A DNA stretch of 64,000 nt from Azolla caroliniana (lineage: Eukaryota; Plantae; Polypodiophyta): contig JBHGNT010000005.1 in the NCBI GenBank assembly GCA_043228905.1, positions 13,330,001 through 13,394,000 of the forward strand, given 5' to 3'. The position numbers and the translations under genes were made by a program. Shown one piece after another: positions 39,076 to 51,908 of the stretch. The notes below the pieces were generated by a model that saw only the letters and a list, made by a program, of their open reading frames with translations, made no database searches and was not told where the DNA came from. How positions within the stretch are numbered: the stretch's first letter is position 1; each line of letters starts with the position of its first letter.

Positions 39076-39592
39076 TGTTAGTCAGTCAGGGTAAGAGTCA
39101 GACAAGTGTGGAAGCGTAAGAGTCGAGAATGTTCGGAAAAGACCGAATTGGAGTGGGATCGACAAGGTGGATCAATGCATTAGCATTTTTGCAAACTAAA
39201 TAAACATAATTATAGATAGTAAAGGTAGTTAGAAGTTTTGGATTGTTCTTGCCGATGAGGCAAGATGTAATTCTTGATGAGTCTGTCTTTCGGTTACCTA
39301 TAAAAAGGAGACAAAAACATAGAAACACTATCGTTCTATTTTGAGTTTAATATAGTTATTAGTTAGTAGAAATCTGTGTTGCATATTTTTTGAGTAATCT
39401 ATTGTTCTATTCGACTCGGTTACATTCTGCTTACCACTATATTTTGCCAATTAGTCAATCACAATACGTCTATATGATATCATAAGCTACCTAGTAAGTG
39501 AGTTCGTGTTCCATTCGTAACTCCACAGATTCTTGATAGAACATTCAACCTTGTTGTGATGTCACTCTTAGTAGTCGACTGTCAGCCGAACA
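39076..39592 (+). repeat. 3' LTR of a family H element
   Basis: TGTTAGTC..CCGAACA, with TATAAAAA near 39299; homolog at 17376-17875. Confidence 0.8.
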
Positions 39593-39599
39593 ACACAAT

Positions 39600-40790
39600 A
39601 ATTGTCATTCGGCGAATATCATGGGTTTTCCACTTTGAACCCCATTGAGCTGCTCTCTGAGCGCTTCTGCTGTCAAGATTCCCTAGTCGAACACCTCCCC
39701 TTCATATGTTGTTATGATAAAACCTGCCCTCTTTTTAGGCATGCAATAAATTTGTGGACAATTTACGAATGCTACTTCTAACAGGAATTTAGCGACTTCG
39801 TGGAAGAATTCATCTTCTCCACCTTGCATTTGATAGTCCTTCGCTGATGACGAGTACTCACCGAAATATGATGTCAGGACCTCCGGGTGCAATTTCGTCA
39901 TAGCATCAAACCCTTCTCTCCTCAGATTAAGAATTCAACGTACTTGTTGACGGGAACTCAAGGCTCCTTATGCGCAACGCTCGGCCACAACCGAGCTTAG
40001 AATGATACACAGAAGACGGGAAATAAAACGCGACACAAAGAAGAGAGGAGGTACACAGGAGGTTTACGTGGAAAAACCCCAAACTAGGGGGAAAAACCAC
40101 GGCAGCCCACAAGCTGCAAACTATCACTATGATGGAATGTACAAACAATGAGTTCACAGAGGCACCGACCTCGTGCTCACAGATCTTCGCCACAGACGGT
40201 GGTTACAACAGAGGCAACGACCTCTTTCTCTCTCTCTCTCTCTCTCTGTACAGTTACGCACACTCTCTATTCTTGCACCAACAAGAAACGAGAACCTCTA
40301 CAAAAAAGTTTGCCCTAAGTCATATTTATACTAATATGACTTTTCGGCTATTTACAAATATAGCCTCGATGGGCTCTCAAAAACATATTTACGAATATGT
40401 CTCTTCCTCCGGTTCTCACCGGGTCTGCGTCATCCGGCTCTCCGTAGCTGGGTGCTCCTCATCCGGTTCTCACCGGGTCTGCACCATCCGGCTCTCCGTA
40501 GCCGACTGCTCCTCATCCGGTTCACACCGGGTCTGCAACATCCGGCTCACGTAGCCGGGTACTCCTCTTCCGGTTTCGGCCTCAGCCGAATCGTTCGTCG
40601 GCACTGTTCTTCTCCCTTCCCATCCGGAGGGACCTGTCTCCCAACACTTGTTTGTCGGATATCTTGGTTATGTCGATTTGTTGGATGATTTGTGTGGCGC
40701 GTGGGCGGGGTTAGGAATCTACAACGTTCAGGTATCTGTCCAATCTCTTGCTGCGTAGCCCGGATATTGCACCATGTGCTCTTCGTCCAC
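39600..40790 (-). pseudogene. Extra-ORF N-terminal domain, split by a solo LTR
   Basis: After removing 39948-40646 it reads RYLNVVDS*..IIQQIDITKISDKQVR*ILNLRREG..YFGEYSSSAKDYQMQGGEDEFFHEVAKFLLEV. Confidence 0.75.
39948..40646 (-). repeat. Solo LTR (same family as 19171-19872), 5-bp TSD CTTGT
   Basis: Reverse-complement homolog of 19171-19872, with CTTGT at 39943-39947 and 40647-40651. Confidence 0.92.
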
Positions 40791-43700
40791 GCTTGTCTTG
40801 CCTCGGCCACTTCCTCGACTCGGCACTGTCGCGCACCGAACTTCGTTGTCGATCATCCTCGTGCTCGTCATCCAGCCCTTACGCGGCCACATCACACGTC
40901 TCGCGCTCCACTCTGCTCTGCGTACCCTTTCTAAAAGGTACGTTGCTTCCCCGACATCCGTGTCAATGCTCTCATCTTCGGTGTTCTCCGCAACCTCCAA
41001 TGTTGCCGCTTCACCCCGAGGTACCCCCTCTTGGTCCGCCTGGCCCGCTCAGCCGCACACATCCTTTGGTATGCCCCGTTTGCTCTTCACGGTACATGAC
41101 CCTCCGTTCTCCACGCACCTCCTCCGTTTCCCTAGACACAATCCTTCGTTCATCCTGATCGCGCTCGTCTCGTTCCGTCGATCTTGGCATCTCGTCGCGC
41201 CGTCCTTCGTCCCGCGCTTGCCTCTCGAAGGCTTCATCCGACCATCATCATCGATCACTCGTTGCAGCTCCTCCGAATGCACGCTCATTCTTTGGTCCTT
41301 AGGTGACCCCATTACGCACACCTTGATTCTCCCTTGCTCTCTGTGCTCTCTCGTAGTAGAGCGTATCGTCATCCCGACCTTCGTGTTGGGGTCCTTCGCG
41401 GCTTTCGTTACCGCTTCATCCCGACTCGCATCCTCTTGGCCCGCTTGGCCTCGCATGTCCTCCGAGACACTGCCGCGTTTTCTCTTCCCAGTGTGTACCC
41501 CGTTGTTCTCTGCGCACCATCCTTCGCTTTTGCCGCCCATTCGCCGATCCCGGCATCTTGCCGCTTCGTCTCTCGCCACGCTTTTGCCTCTCAAAGGCTC
41601 GATCGGACCGCTATCACCGGTCACTCGTTGTGGCTCTTCCGAATACATGCTCATTTCTTGGCCCTCGAGCGGCTGTAGAGCATGCTCCGTTTTACGTTGT
41701 AGTGCATACTTCGTATTACGCGCCTCATCCGCCATAGACCCGACCTCCACGTCGGTCTCTTCGTCCTTCGTTGCCATAGCCCCTTCCAACTCCGGCTTGC
41801 CGTCTTGGCCGTGCTCGTCCGTCTTCACACATCGGGTACCCGTTCCGGTAGCCTCGTCCGTTCCGGTCTCCAACTCCTCGTTGCCACCCACTGCCTCTCC
41901 GGTCTTATGTTGATCCGCAACCGCCGAAGTCTCTGGAAAAGGTGGGGAGGGTCCCTCTTGCTCTCGGCCTCTCGCCGATCCGTACTCGTCGTGCCCGGTT
42001 AGCCTCCTTCTCCCTCTCACCGACTCCCATTGTAACCATAACCAGCCGGTAAGGAGTTGATCAAACAATCCCGATCTTGTCGACTTCTTTCGGTTTGGGC
42101 CCGGTTGACCGGCCCCCGCTTCACTCTTCTTCCGCTTCATCTTCCGGTCGAGTCGGTCCCCGACTCTCTCCTCTTTGCCGCTCCTGACCTCTCCGTCAGT
42201 CCTCTTGTATATGCCCGTTCCGGGCCTCGCATCCTCATCTTCGCACGTTTTCGCTCCGGGCCACACCTCCTCACGGCCACCGCCCTTCTCTCCGGTCTTA
42301 TGTTGGCATTCGAACGCAACTGCCGTAGTTTCCGGCCCCGGTGTCGAGGGGTCTTGCCACCGTCCGCTACTATCCTCGTCGTCGTCTCGGTTGCCCGCCA
42401 CCGCCCGTCGCTCTAGTCCTCACGCCGGCACTTGGGCCGACCGCCGGAGCCTCTAGGACCGGTGTGGGTAAGGACCCAGCACCGCCGCTCGTTGTGTCCG
42501 TAGCCGCCTACGTCCGAACATCGTTGTTCGCGGCTACCCCGCCTCCGATTGCACAAGCCTTGATTACGCTTGCCGCCGTCTCTTCCATGTCGTCGTCTCG
42601 GTTGCCCGCCTTGCTGCCGCCACCGCCTGTCGCTCTAGGTCTCACGTTGGCACTCGGGCCGACCGACGGAGCCTCTAGGGCCAGTGTGTGTAAGGTCACG
42701 ACACCACTGCTTGTCTCCTCCCCACTCGATGTTTCAGGCCGCCATGTCCCGAATCCGTAGTTACCGGCCTCCATGGCCGTCCCTTCACCGCAAGGCAAGA
42801 GGGTCGCTTGCTCCGCACCCTCTCCCATGTCGTCGTCGTATGCTCTCCCGGCCTCCGTATAGGCCCCATCTTCTACGCTTAGGGAGGCTTCTTCCTCCGC
42901 ATCCTCCGATCGCCTCCGGCCCGACTCCATAATAAGCCCTTCTTCGGCTTCGATTTTCGCCTTCACAAGCTCGCATGCCTCCCGTATAAGCGCTTCTAGG
43001 TTGAGCTTCTCCAAACCATTTTGCATTGAGCTCTCTTCCGACGGTAGTGTGTAGTCACTCGCCGCTCTCTCTTCTCCGCTGCTCGCGAGCCTTGTTGTGG
43101 CCGACCGCCTCGCATCATGTTGTCGGCATACCCATTCCACTTCAGACCACTCCTCGGTGAGACCATGTGTTCCATAATCATCTTGAAGCTCGAATAAGAT
43201 GTCCATCCTCTCCTCATGATGGACTTTCTTAAAAAATAGGAGGACTTTGTCTGCCCCCACGGATCTCCATTCCCACTCCGAGAGTTGAGAGAAACGACGC
43301 TCGAACTCTCGAAATGCCTCCATCGCGCTCCAATGATGCCTCGCCGACGCCACCCACCGATCGAACTCATGTCGACCTCTTCCTTCCGGTTCCGCGTACC
43401 CGTACGCCTCCAATAGAGCTCCCTCAAAGGACTCCCACGATTCGTGAGCTTCTCGGAGCTCCTTGACCTCTTCTTACCTTGATACGGCCGCCACTCGACA
43501 AAACATATCTAGCCGTGTCGCTTCGTCCACATCCCGCTCCGTCATCTCGGCATTGTAAGCTCTCAAAAAATTTGGGACCTCATTCCCATTGAGCCGGCTC
43601 ACTCGATCGACCACCCTTTCGACGGCTTGTTGAGCTACATTTCGCTTCGCCATCTTCCGTCTGGCTTCCATCACGATCTTTGCCATCATCTCCTTGAAGT

Positions 43701-44290
43701 CGAAGTCTTCTTCCATCTCCATGCTCCCTTGCTGCCCTTCACATCGGGTTCACCAAAGATGTCGCGTTGTTACGCACGTGCGTATAGAAGGGGCGAGACC
43801 ACGGGGTTCTCGAACTAGGGAGTAGAGGAGAAAGAATAAGATATGATTTGGAAGCTTAGCTCAAGAGGAGAAAAGGAAAGAATAAGACCATGACATAGAA
43901 GGAGAGATCGGCGGAGGCAAGATGCTCAACAACTTATATTAAAAACAAACGAATGATTATAACAATGGTGACCGCATGGGCCGCACCAAACGACTATAAG
44001 AAAACCCTAACCGAGGATGAATAAGGAAACCTTAAATGAAACCCTAACCCTAAAACGGTAAGAACTCTAGACTAAGTGGTATACCTCTCATACGCAAAAT
44101 AGGCAACCCCTTCATAAGTGATCCTTCCCTTCCTTTTATAGCCCAAGGAGGGAGGGACCTTAGAATGTGGGATAAAATTTCCCCTCTTATTTCTATACAC
44201 CATTTCCTAGTATACGTGTGCAAATGTTGCACACAACCGACTTGCCCATTCCACCTCGGTTTCCCCCTATGGACGAAAATCTTCACGACA
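40790..44290 (-). mobile_element. Gag-only relative of family A (5' LTR 43760-44290, tRNA-Trp PBS 43738-43755); no pol and no 3' LTR
   Basis: LTR terminus TGTCGTGAAGA; PBS TGGTGAACCCGATGTGAA; gag capsid region homologous to A, followed by ~2 kb of internally repeated low-complexity coding-like sequence. Confidence 0.85.
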
Positions 44291-45666
44291 CCGAATTGTA
44301 CACCTAAAAATACACCGAACATGATGCAGGCAAGTATGATGCAATATTCCATTAGGAAAAAATTATGTTACGAGCATACACACAAAAATTATTTTTTCGA
44401 GTTTCTGCGATAACATACACACAAATTACCATATACATAGATTGACACATGCATGATATTTGTGATATTCTCCATGCGTGATATTCACAATATTCGAAAT
44501 ACAAAATGGCCCTAAGAATATTATAAAACCATTCGTTTTGCAAAATAAATATACAAAAAAATAAATAAATTAATTAACAAAAAAAAGAACAATCATTCAT
44601 TAATATATTATAAAAATATGATTAGTATTAACTCTCCTATATAGTGTCAAATAAAAAAGGGGAGAGTTTATGAACTTTTATTTTATTTTATTTATTTTAA
44701 AAAAACAAATATTTTTATATTTATTATAGAAATATGATTAGTGTGAAGTCCCATTTTTAATGTCAGATAAAAATATCTATAAATTTTGGGAGAAGAAAAA
44801 GTGAGGAATTAATGAACCTTAATTTGTTTATTTTATTTATTAAAAATAAAACAAATACTTTTGCATTTATTATAAAAATTTATTATTGTCAAGTCCCTAT
44901 TTTTATATCGTAGGAAACTAAAAAGAAGGGAGTTCATGTACTCTCTTTTCTTTTCTTTTTTATTAAACGAATACTTGACCATGCATTCGTATACGTATTC
45001 GTTTGCATTCGAATAGGAAACCCCCCACGAATGTGAATATGTCAATCTATGATCATACACATTTCCCAACATTGATTATGATTCTCCAAAAATTATATTT
45101 CATACCTTTGAATATTGAGAGGTTATTCCAAGTTTCACAAAATATGCTACGATTTGTCACACAAATGATCATATACACCTTTAAACATCAACTAAGACTA
45201 CAAGATAAAAAAGGAAAGATATTCCATTAATAAGGCAATTCAATATATAATATATGGCGGGGTTGCAATATACAAAATGTTACAATATGCAATATAAGGC
45301 AATATTGCATCAAAGATACAAAAATTTCCACAACACCCAATGGTCTGATACCACGATCGAAATGAAGGCAAAATCACGATCGAACACACATTTGAGGATG
45401 TCCTGCTCCTTAGAAGTTTGCTTGTGTAGCTACACCCAAAGTGGGTCGACTATGGTGAATCGTTTTGACACTACTTGTGGCAGCAAGTACTCCAACTACA
45501 TTGTGAATAATGTCATGGTCCATGTGGACGCCATTTCTACCTCCTTGAACATCGTTTGAAGATTCAACTCTCCCCATGCAATTTGAATCGAGCTACACTT
45601 AAATCTAGAAGTTTACAATCTTAACCCACAAATCAAATACCTCATCCCTCATGGCAACACTATGTC

Positions 45667-46127
45667 TGTTACCGGTTGGCAAAGAAGGCTAAAGGAGGTC
45701 CAAACCAGAGTGTGAAAGGAATAGTTATTCGGGAACTGTTGGAATTAGTAGTCTTAATATATACACATTATTATATAATAAGATGTGGACGGACGGACCG
45801 GAATCGGTATGCCGATCCGGATCCGGAACGATACCGTAAAGGTGCCGGTTGGCACCGTTTTGTATTTCGCATCGGAGACCTATATAAAGGCCCGGTTACA
45901 ATGTAATCAGGAGCGGATAATTAATAAAGCTTATGGTCTTAATCTTCAAGTGTTGATTACCGTTCTGTAATTATTGTCATATCTTATGCGTGTTAATTAT
46001 GGATGGCTAAGTAATCGATTAAGGTCTAATTAAGCGTTGTGTCGTAAGTCATTCTGCCGTACCACCCTTTGGTGACGTGTCTTGAGTAGACACCCTGTGT
46101 TAGGCTGTTGTCTGGCCCTAGCAATAA
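45667..46127 (+). repeat. Possible orphan LTR
   Basis: TGTTA start, CCTATATAAAGG, AATAAA, and ..AATAAC end; no partner or TSD. Confidence 0.35.
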
Positions 46128-47620
46128 CCCCATCGTGGTCGCCAAAAAGTGTTGTATGTTTTAGGGTCAGGGTTAAGGACGATGATAATCATGATAAAGA
46201 TAGACATGGTGGTTATGATGATGATAGAGAGATGATGGCAAGAGAGATCATGTGCATTGAGAAGCATTGCAGGGTGGGGGGTGGTCCCTAGAATGGCTCC
46301 ACCCCCCTCCCAAGGGGATTCAACGTTGAGGGGGAGAGAGAGAGAAAGAGAGATGACAAGAGAGAGAGAGATTGAGAGAGAAAATGGTTATTCATGTTTC
46401 ATTCATTCCCCATAAGGGGTTAAATAGTACAAGAGGGGGTAGATACATAGGGGTGTAAGCCCCCTCGAGCATTCATATTGGACACTCACTCACACCTCCT
46501 CGTATCCATCCACATGCACACACGTGTGCATGTGTTCACATACGTATAGACTCACAATTACATTTATGCCCCCTACACATACACAACATCATGATAACAT
46601 TCGACCCTCGCTCATCACACTTGACTCTCCGTACATCTCGTACGGGGTAACACAATATGGCACGCCCATGGGAAAGTGCCTTGCACGTCGATCCCACATG
46701 CCTTGATGATGATATTTCTTCGACCGGAACTTCCATCGGTCCTTTCAACTATCGACTCCCTCGATCGGAGTGCTTGACTCGAACATCTTTGTCAGTCAGC
46801 GAATCTTCCGCGACACGAACATTCTCGTTTTGTCGACTTATGAACTTTAGCATCATGGGTCCAAAAACGTTGTGCGTATGTGTATCTTCCTTTTATCTTG
46901 TGAGTTGTGTGTGGATCGCATCGCGTCCATTTCTTTTAGGTTCATGAGTTTTCGAAATTCCATTGGTGCCCTTTAATTTTTTAAAATTTTGACAATGCCA
47001 TCATGTTTTTTGAAATTCTTCAAATGCCCTCAAGTTTTCAAAACTCCTCGAATGCCCCTTTCTCTATTTTTCTTCTCGTCCTATCTTCTGCTTCAATTTC
47101 GTCTTTATCTCTAGGTTATTGTTGTGGTCCGTTATTGCACTCTCTCTTGTGTGTATCCCTCATCTCTTTCTTCTTCTTTTTGCTTTCGTTTCCCGCTTCT
47201 CTTCGTGTCGTCCTTTCTCTCCTGTCTTCATCTGCTTCTTCTTGTTTTCTTATGCAGTTCTTCTTCCGGATTTGTCTTCTTCGTCCTTTCTCGTTTCTCT
47301 CCATCCTCTGTTATGTGCCTTCTCTTCTTCCATGACTTCTTCCTCTTACTTCTCTGTTCATCAACGGCTACATCTCCTTCTTCTCCTCCTCCTCCTCCTC
47401 CTCCTCCTTCTATGTTCTCTTCCTACTTCATTCTCTTCTTCTTTTCTCTGTTTTCTTTCCTGTCGTTGTCTCTGTCCGGCCTTGTTTGCCGGCTCCGTCT
47501 TTTTGTCCGTTTCTCCATATCTGTCTCCGGCTTCGATGCCATCCAGCCCATCGTTTTGGCAACTCTGGCTGTCTGTTTAGGGTTTCCTGCCGCCACCGTT
47601 CCTTTCGGCCATCGGTTGCT
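46128..47620 (-). mobile_element. Truncated family E copy (LTR 46150-46652 flanked on both sides by tRNA-Arg motifs)
   Basis: LTR is homologous to the E LTRs. TGGCGACCACGATGGGG on the minus strand at 46128-46144 and TGGCACGCCCATGGGA on the plus strand at 46658-46673. Internal part is similar to 49898 onward. Confidence 0.85.
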
Positions 47621-49901
47621 GTCCATTTTGGCTCCGAATGGCTGACACAAGTTCGGTGCGACCGACAGGATTAATACGGAATTTGGAAGTAGCCATCGGG
47701 GGCCACAAATTCCGAATCTCAGCCGTAGTTCTCCAGTTGCATGCTCAAGGAGCGTACCCATTATTGTTGGGACGTCCTTGGTTAAAAATGGCACATATCA
47801 AGCAGAACTGGAGGAGGAATATGATTACGTTCCGGCGGGGAAAAGCGAAGGTACGGGTACCAACACAACAAAAGAAGGGCACCGACAAGGACCTGACACC
47901 GTTATATGCGGAGTGTGTCAATATGCTGGAGGGATTAGCAGACGAAGAAGAAGAGCAGTACTTGCTGGAGAACCCGAAGATTGTACCCCTCTTCGAAATT
48001 GACGTCGCGGAAGCGGTATCACCCTACTTACTGCAACTGGACGAAACCGAAGCAGGACCGGATAAAGAAGCAATCTGGGAGTTACGGCATGCGCAGGAGG
48101 CGTTGGAAAGGGAGATGGCCGTATCCCAGCGCGTAAAAGCGTCCCAGTTAGAAGAGGTATATCTAGGAACGGCGGAGGAGGCAAAACCGGTGCACATCGC
48201 CAAAGAAATGAATGCAAAGAACAAAACGGCGATAATTACACTCCTCAACGAGTTTCGCGATATCTTTGCCTGGTCGTACGAGGATATGAGAGGCATCCTC
48301 AGTTGTATCAGCACTAGATACATCTGAGCAAAGACGCCAAGCTGGTGGCACAGCGGCGGTACCGGATGAACCCAAACTACGCCGCCAAAGTCAAGGAGGA
48401 GATCGACAAATTACTGAGGTTCGGCTTCATCCAGCCCGTAAAGAAATCTTCATGGTTGAGCCCGATTGTAGTCATACTGAAAAAGAACGGAAAATTTAGA
48501 GTTTGTGTCAACTACCGGAAGCTCAATGCGTCAACGGTAACGGATGCATTTCCCCTTCCGTTTACGGATGGAGTTTTGGATGCCGTCGCCGGCCATGAAG
48601 TCTACAGTTTCTTAGACAGATTCAGCGGGTGTAATCAGATCCGGATGCACCCTGAGGATCAAGAGAAAACGGCTTTCGTCACCGAATGGGGAGTGTTTGT
48701 TGCGGTGGTGATGATGTTCGGGCTGAAAACGGCACCAGCAACATTCCAACGGATCATCATAGAGATCTTTGGCGAATACATACCGGCTTTTATGCAGGTG
48801 TTCCTTGACGACTTCGCCGTCTATAGTAGAGAAGAAGATCATTTGTAGCATCTCAGACGATGTCTAGAGAAGTGTAGGGCATACCGGCTAAGCCTGAATC
48901 CGGCGAAGTGTGTATTTGGAGTGGCCAACGGAACGCTACTAGGGGATATAGTAAGCAAGGAAGGCATTGCCGTAGATCCGGACAAAGTGAAAGCAATCCG
49001 GGAAGCACCAGCCCCGGCAACGGCAAAGACATTGAGCCGTTTCCTAGGACAAATCCGCTCACATAGCCGTATGCTCCGATATTTGGCAGATCTGGCTACA
49101 CCTCTGCATACGGCAGTACATCGAACACCGTTCCAATGGACCGACATCGAAGACAAGGCGTACCGAGCACTAAAGTTGTTATTGTCACAAGCACCGGTAG
49201 TGCAGCCTCCCGATTGGAGTAAAGAGTTTCATGTGTTCGTGGACGCTTCCGATATCGCAATCGGCAGCGCGCTCATGCAGCTTACCGAGCCAAGGAGGTA
49301 CCGGCCAGTGTACTATGCCAGCCGGAAGCTATCCCAAGCGGAACGAAATTATTCTACCATGGAAAGGGAAGCTTTAGGAATGATCTACAGACTTGTTGTA
49401 GGTTTTAGGGTTAGGGTTAAGGATGATGAATGATAAAGATAGACATGGTGGTCATGATGAGGATGATGAAGAGCATGATGATGAGAGATCGTATAGAGAA
49501 GCATAGAGAAGCATTGCGGGGTGGGGGGTGGTGCCTAGAATGGCTGCACCCCCCTCCCAAGGGGATTCAACGTTGAGGGGGAGAGAGAGAGAGAAAGTGG
49601 GATGACAAGAGAGAGATTAGGAGAGAAAATGGTTCCTTCTTCATTCATTCCCCATAAGGGGTTAAATAGTACAAGAGGGGGTAGTTACAAAGGGGTGTAA
49701 GCTCCATAGAGCATTCATACTGGACACTCACTCACACCTCATCGTATCCCTCCACATGCACACACGTGTGCATGTGTTCACATACATATCAACTCACAAT
49801 TACATTTATGTTCCCTACACATATACAACATCATCATGATAATATTCGACCCTCGCTCATCACACTTGACTCTCCGTACAACTCGTACGGGGTAACACAT
49901 A

Positions 49902-49917
49902 TGGCACGCCCGTGGGA
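49902..49917 (-). promoter_or_regulatory. tRNA-Arg 3'-end-like motif at the PPT position (element E)
   Basis: The minus strand reads TCCCACGGGCGTGCCA, 4 nt before the 3' LTR. Confidence 0.7.
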
Positions 49918-51898
49918 AAGTGCGTTGCACGTCGATCCCACATGCCTTGATGATGATATCTCTTCGACCGGAACTTCCATCGGTCCTTTCAACGATCGAC
50001 TCCCTCGATCGGAGCGCTTGACTCGATCATCTCCATCGGTCAGCGACTTTTCCGCGACACGAACATTCTCATTCTGTCGTCTTACGAACTTTGGTATCCT
50101 CTTTCGGGTACTTAAAAATGTTGTGTGCATGTATGTTATTCTTTGTTGATTTTGTGAGTTGTCATGGTCGATCACGTCCATTTCTTTAGGTGGATGAGAT
50201 TTCAAAATTTCATAGGTGCCCTTTGATTTTTAAAATTTTCTTATATACCCTCATCTTTCTTCTTTCCTTCTCTTCTTTCCCTCTTCTTTTCCATTTCTGT
50301 TACTACTTCTTTCTTTCTTTCTCGCCTGCTTTCTTCTTCCTCATTCTTTCTTCCCGTTCTTCCTTATTCTTCCGTGTATGCCTTTCTCTCTCTTCTTTCT
50401 GTCTCTTCTTTCTGTTTCTCAGACTGCATCATCTTCTTCTTTCTCTTCTTCATTCACCACGGCTATGTCCATTGTCCGTTGCTTCCCATCCTTCTACTCC
50501 CTGTCGTTTCCTGTTTTCTTCTTCCTCTTTCTATTTCTCCATCTTCTTCTATGCCTATCGCTTTCTTGCTTCTCTGTTTCTGTTTCTTCTTATTTTCTTC
50601 GTATTTCTTCCTTTGTTTTGACGCATCCCGTCGGCCTCCTGTTAGGTCTACGCCTGTGGTGGTTGTCGGCTCTTCCGAGGTCTCTGTCTCTCTATTCATC
50701 CACTGGTTGTTGTCCGGCCATCCGTTGTCCGATCGTCGTCCCATTCCGGCCGTTGTTTGGCGGTTCTTTTGTCTAGCCCGTCTGGCCACTCCGACCACTG
50801 TTCGGCTATTCTAGATGCTGCGGTCGCTCCTCGGCCACTGTTTGGCCGTCGTGGCCATCTCCGACCGCTGCTGTCGTCCTTGTCCGGCAACCTCCATTCC
50901 GACGCCGTTCGGCCACTACGACCGCTCTTAGGTCGCTCTTCCGTCTCCGTCGGTGTCTGGTCGTCTGTCTATTTCTCTATCTCCGTAGTGCTTTTGGTAT
51001 TGATGTCAACGACCCTTCGGTCCCGGACATTCTGTTCATTTGTCCGGCCCATTCCGGTCAGTCTCTGTTTGTCACCATCGCTTTGTGATTGGCCGCCTCT
51101 ATTCGGACGCATATCCCACCGCGACTGTTTGTTCTTTGTCATTGTTTCGGTCGTAGCTCGGTCCGGCGCCATTCAGCCACTCCAACTGCTCTTCGGTCGC
51201 TCTCCGGTCGGAGCTTTTCCGGCTTCACCTCCATCTCTATCTATCTTGGTGCTGTCGACCGCTCTTCCGCTTCTATCCGGTGATACCGGCTTCCCTATCG
51301 TCCCTGTCCGGTGCCTGTGTGCCTTCTGTCCGGCAATGTTGCCCCATGGTCGCCATTGTTAGTCTCGTCCGGTATTCGACCTAGGGTTTGCTCGTGGCTT
51401 TCTGGTGTCTCTGGTCCTCGATGTCTGGTCTGCTTTTGCATCTCCTTCTCCGTCTTCTATGGCCATTCGATGTGAACCAAGTCTGGTTCTTGCTCCGATT
51501 CCGGTTTCGACTCTTTCTGCGTTGCTTCGTCTGGAACCATCTCTCGTGCACTCTCAGCACATCCTGCCGGCCTCCGCTCCACACACTGCATCTTTTCCAC
51601 CGCAGTCTCCTGGTGGGCTTCTCTTACCGGTCGTGCTTGCACCGGTTCTCTTTGCGTCGTTGTTTGTCCAGCCGTGCATCTTGCACCACGCTTCGAACAC
51701 GCACATTGTCACTAACCGCATTCGGAAACACGTACATGGACACCAATCGCAACCTTACATAAACACCGTTCCATTCATGAATTCTTTCATCGCATTGTCA
51801 TTTCCTGTACTCACACACATATGTCGCTATGGCCTTCGCTATGGCCTTCATCACCGCGTATCATTCTTTGACTCCGTTTCCAAAGGGGGGTCGCCGTA

Positions 51899-51908
51899 GT
51901 GGTCGCCA
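51899..51908 (-). promoter_or_regulatory. PBS, tRNA-Arg(UCG)-like (element E)
   Basis: The minus strand reads TGGCGACCAC 5 nt after the 5' LTR; a longer match occurs at 46128-46144. Confidence 0.7.

Noticed and set aside
40780-41000. Copia RT-like peptide DVGEATYLL
   Set aside because: The match is short, lies within the repeated low-complexity tail, and has no other RT motifs.
45343-45353. TCTGATACCA (tRNA-iMet PBS-like)
   Set aside because: No adjacent LTR terminus or gag.
47003-47645. Hydrophobic F/L/S-rich ORFs as membrane or env proteins (also 50190-50814)
   Set aside because: These arise from CT-rich composition, are open in several frames, and are not conserved between the two E copies.
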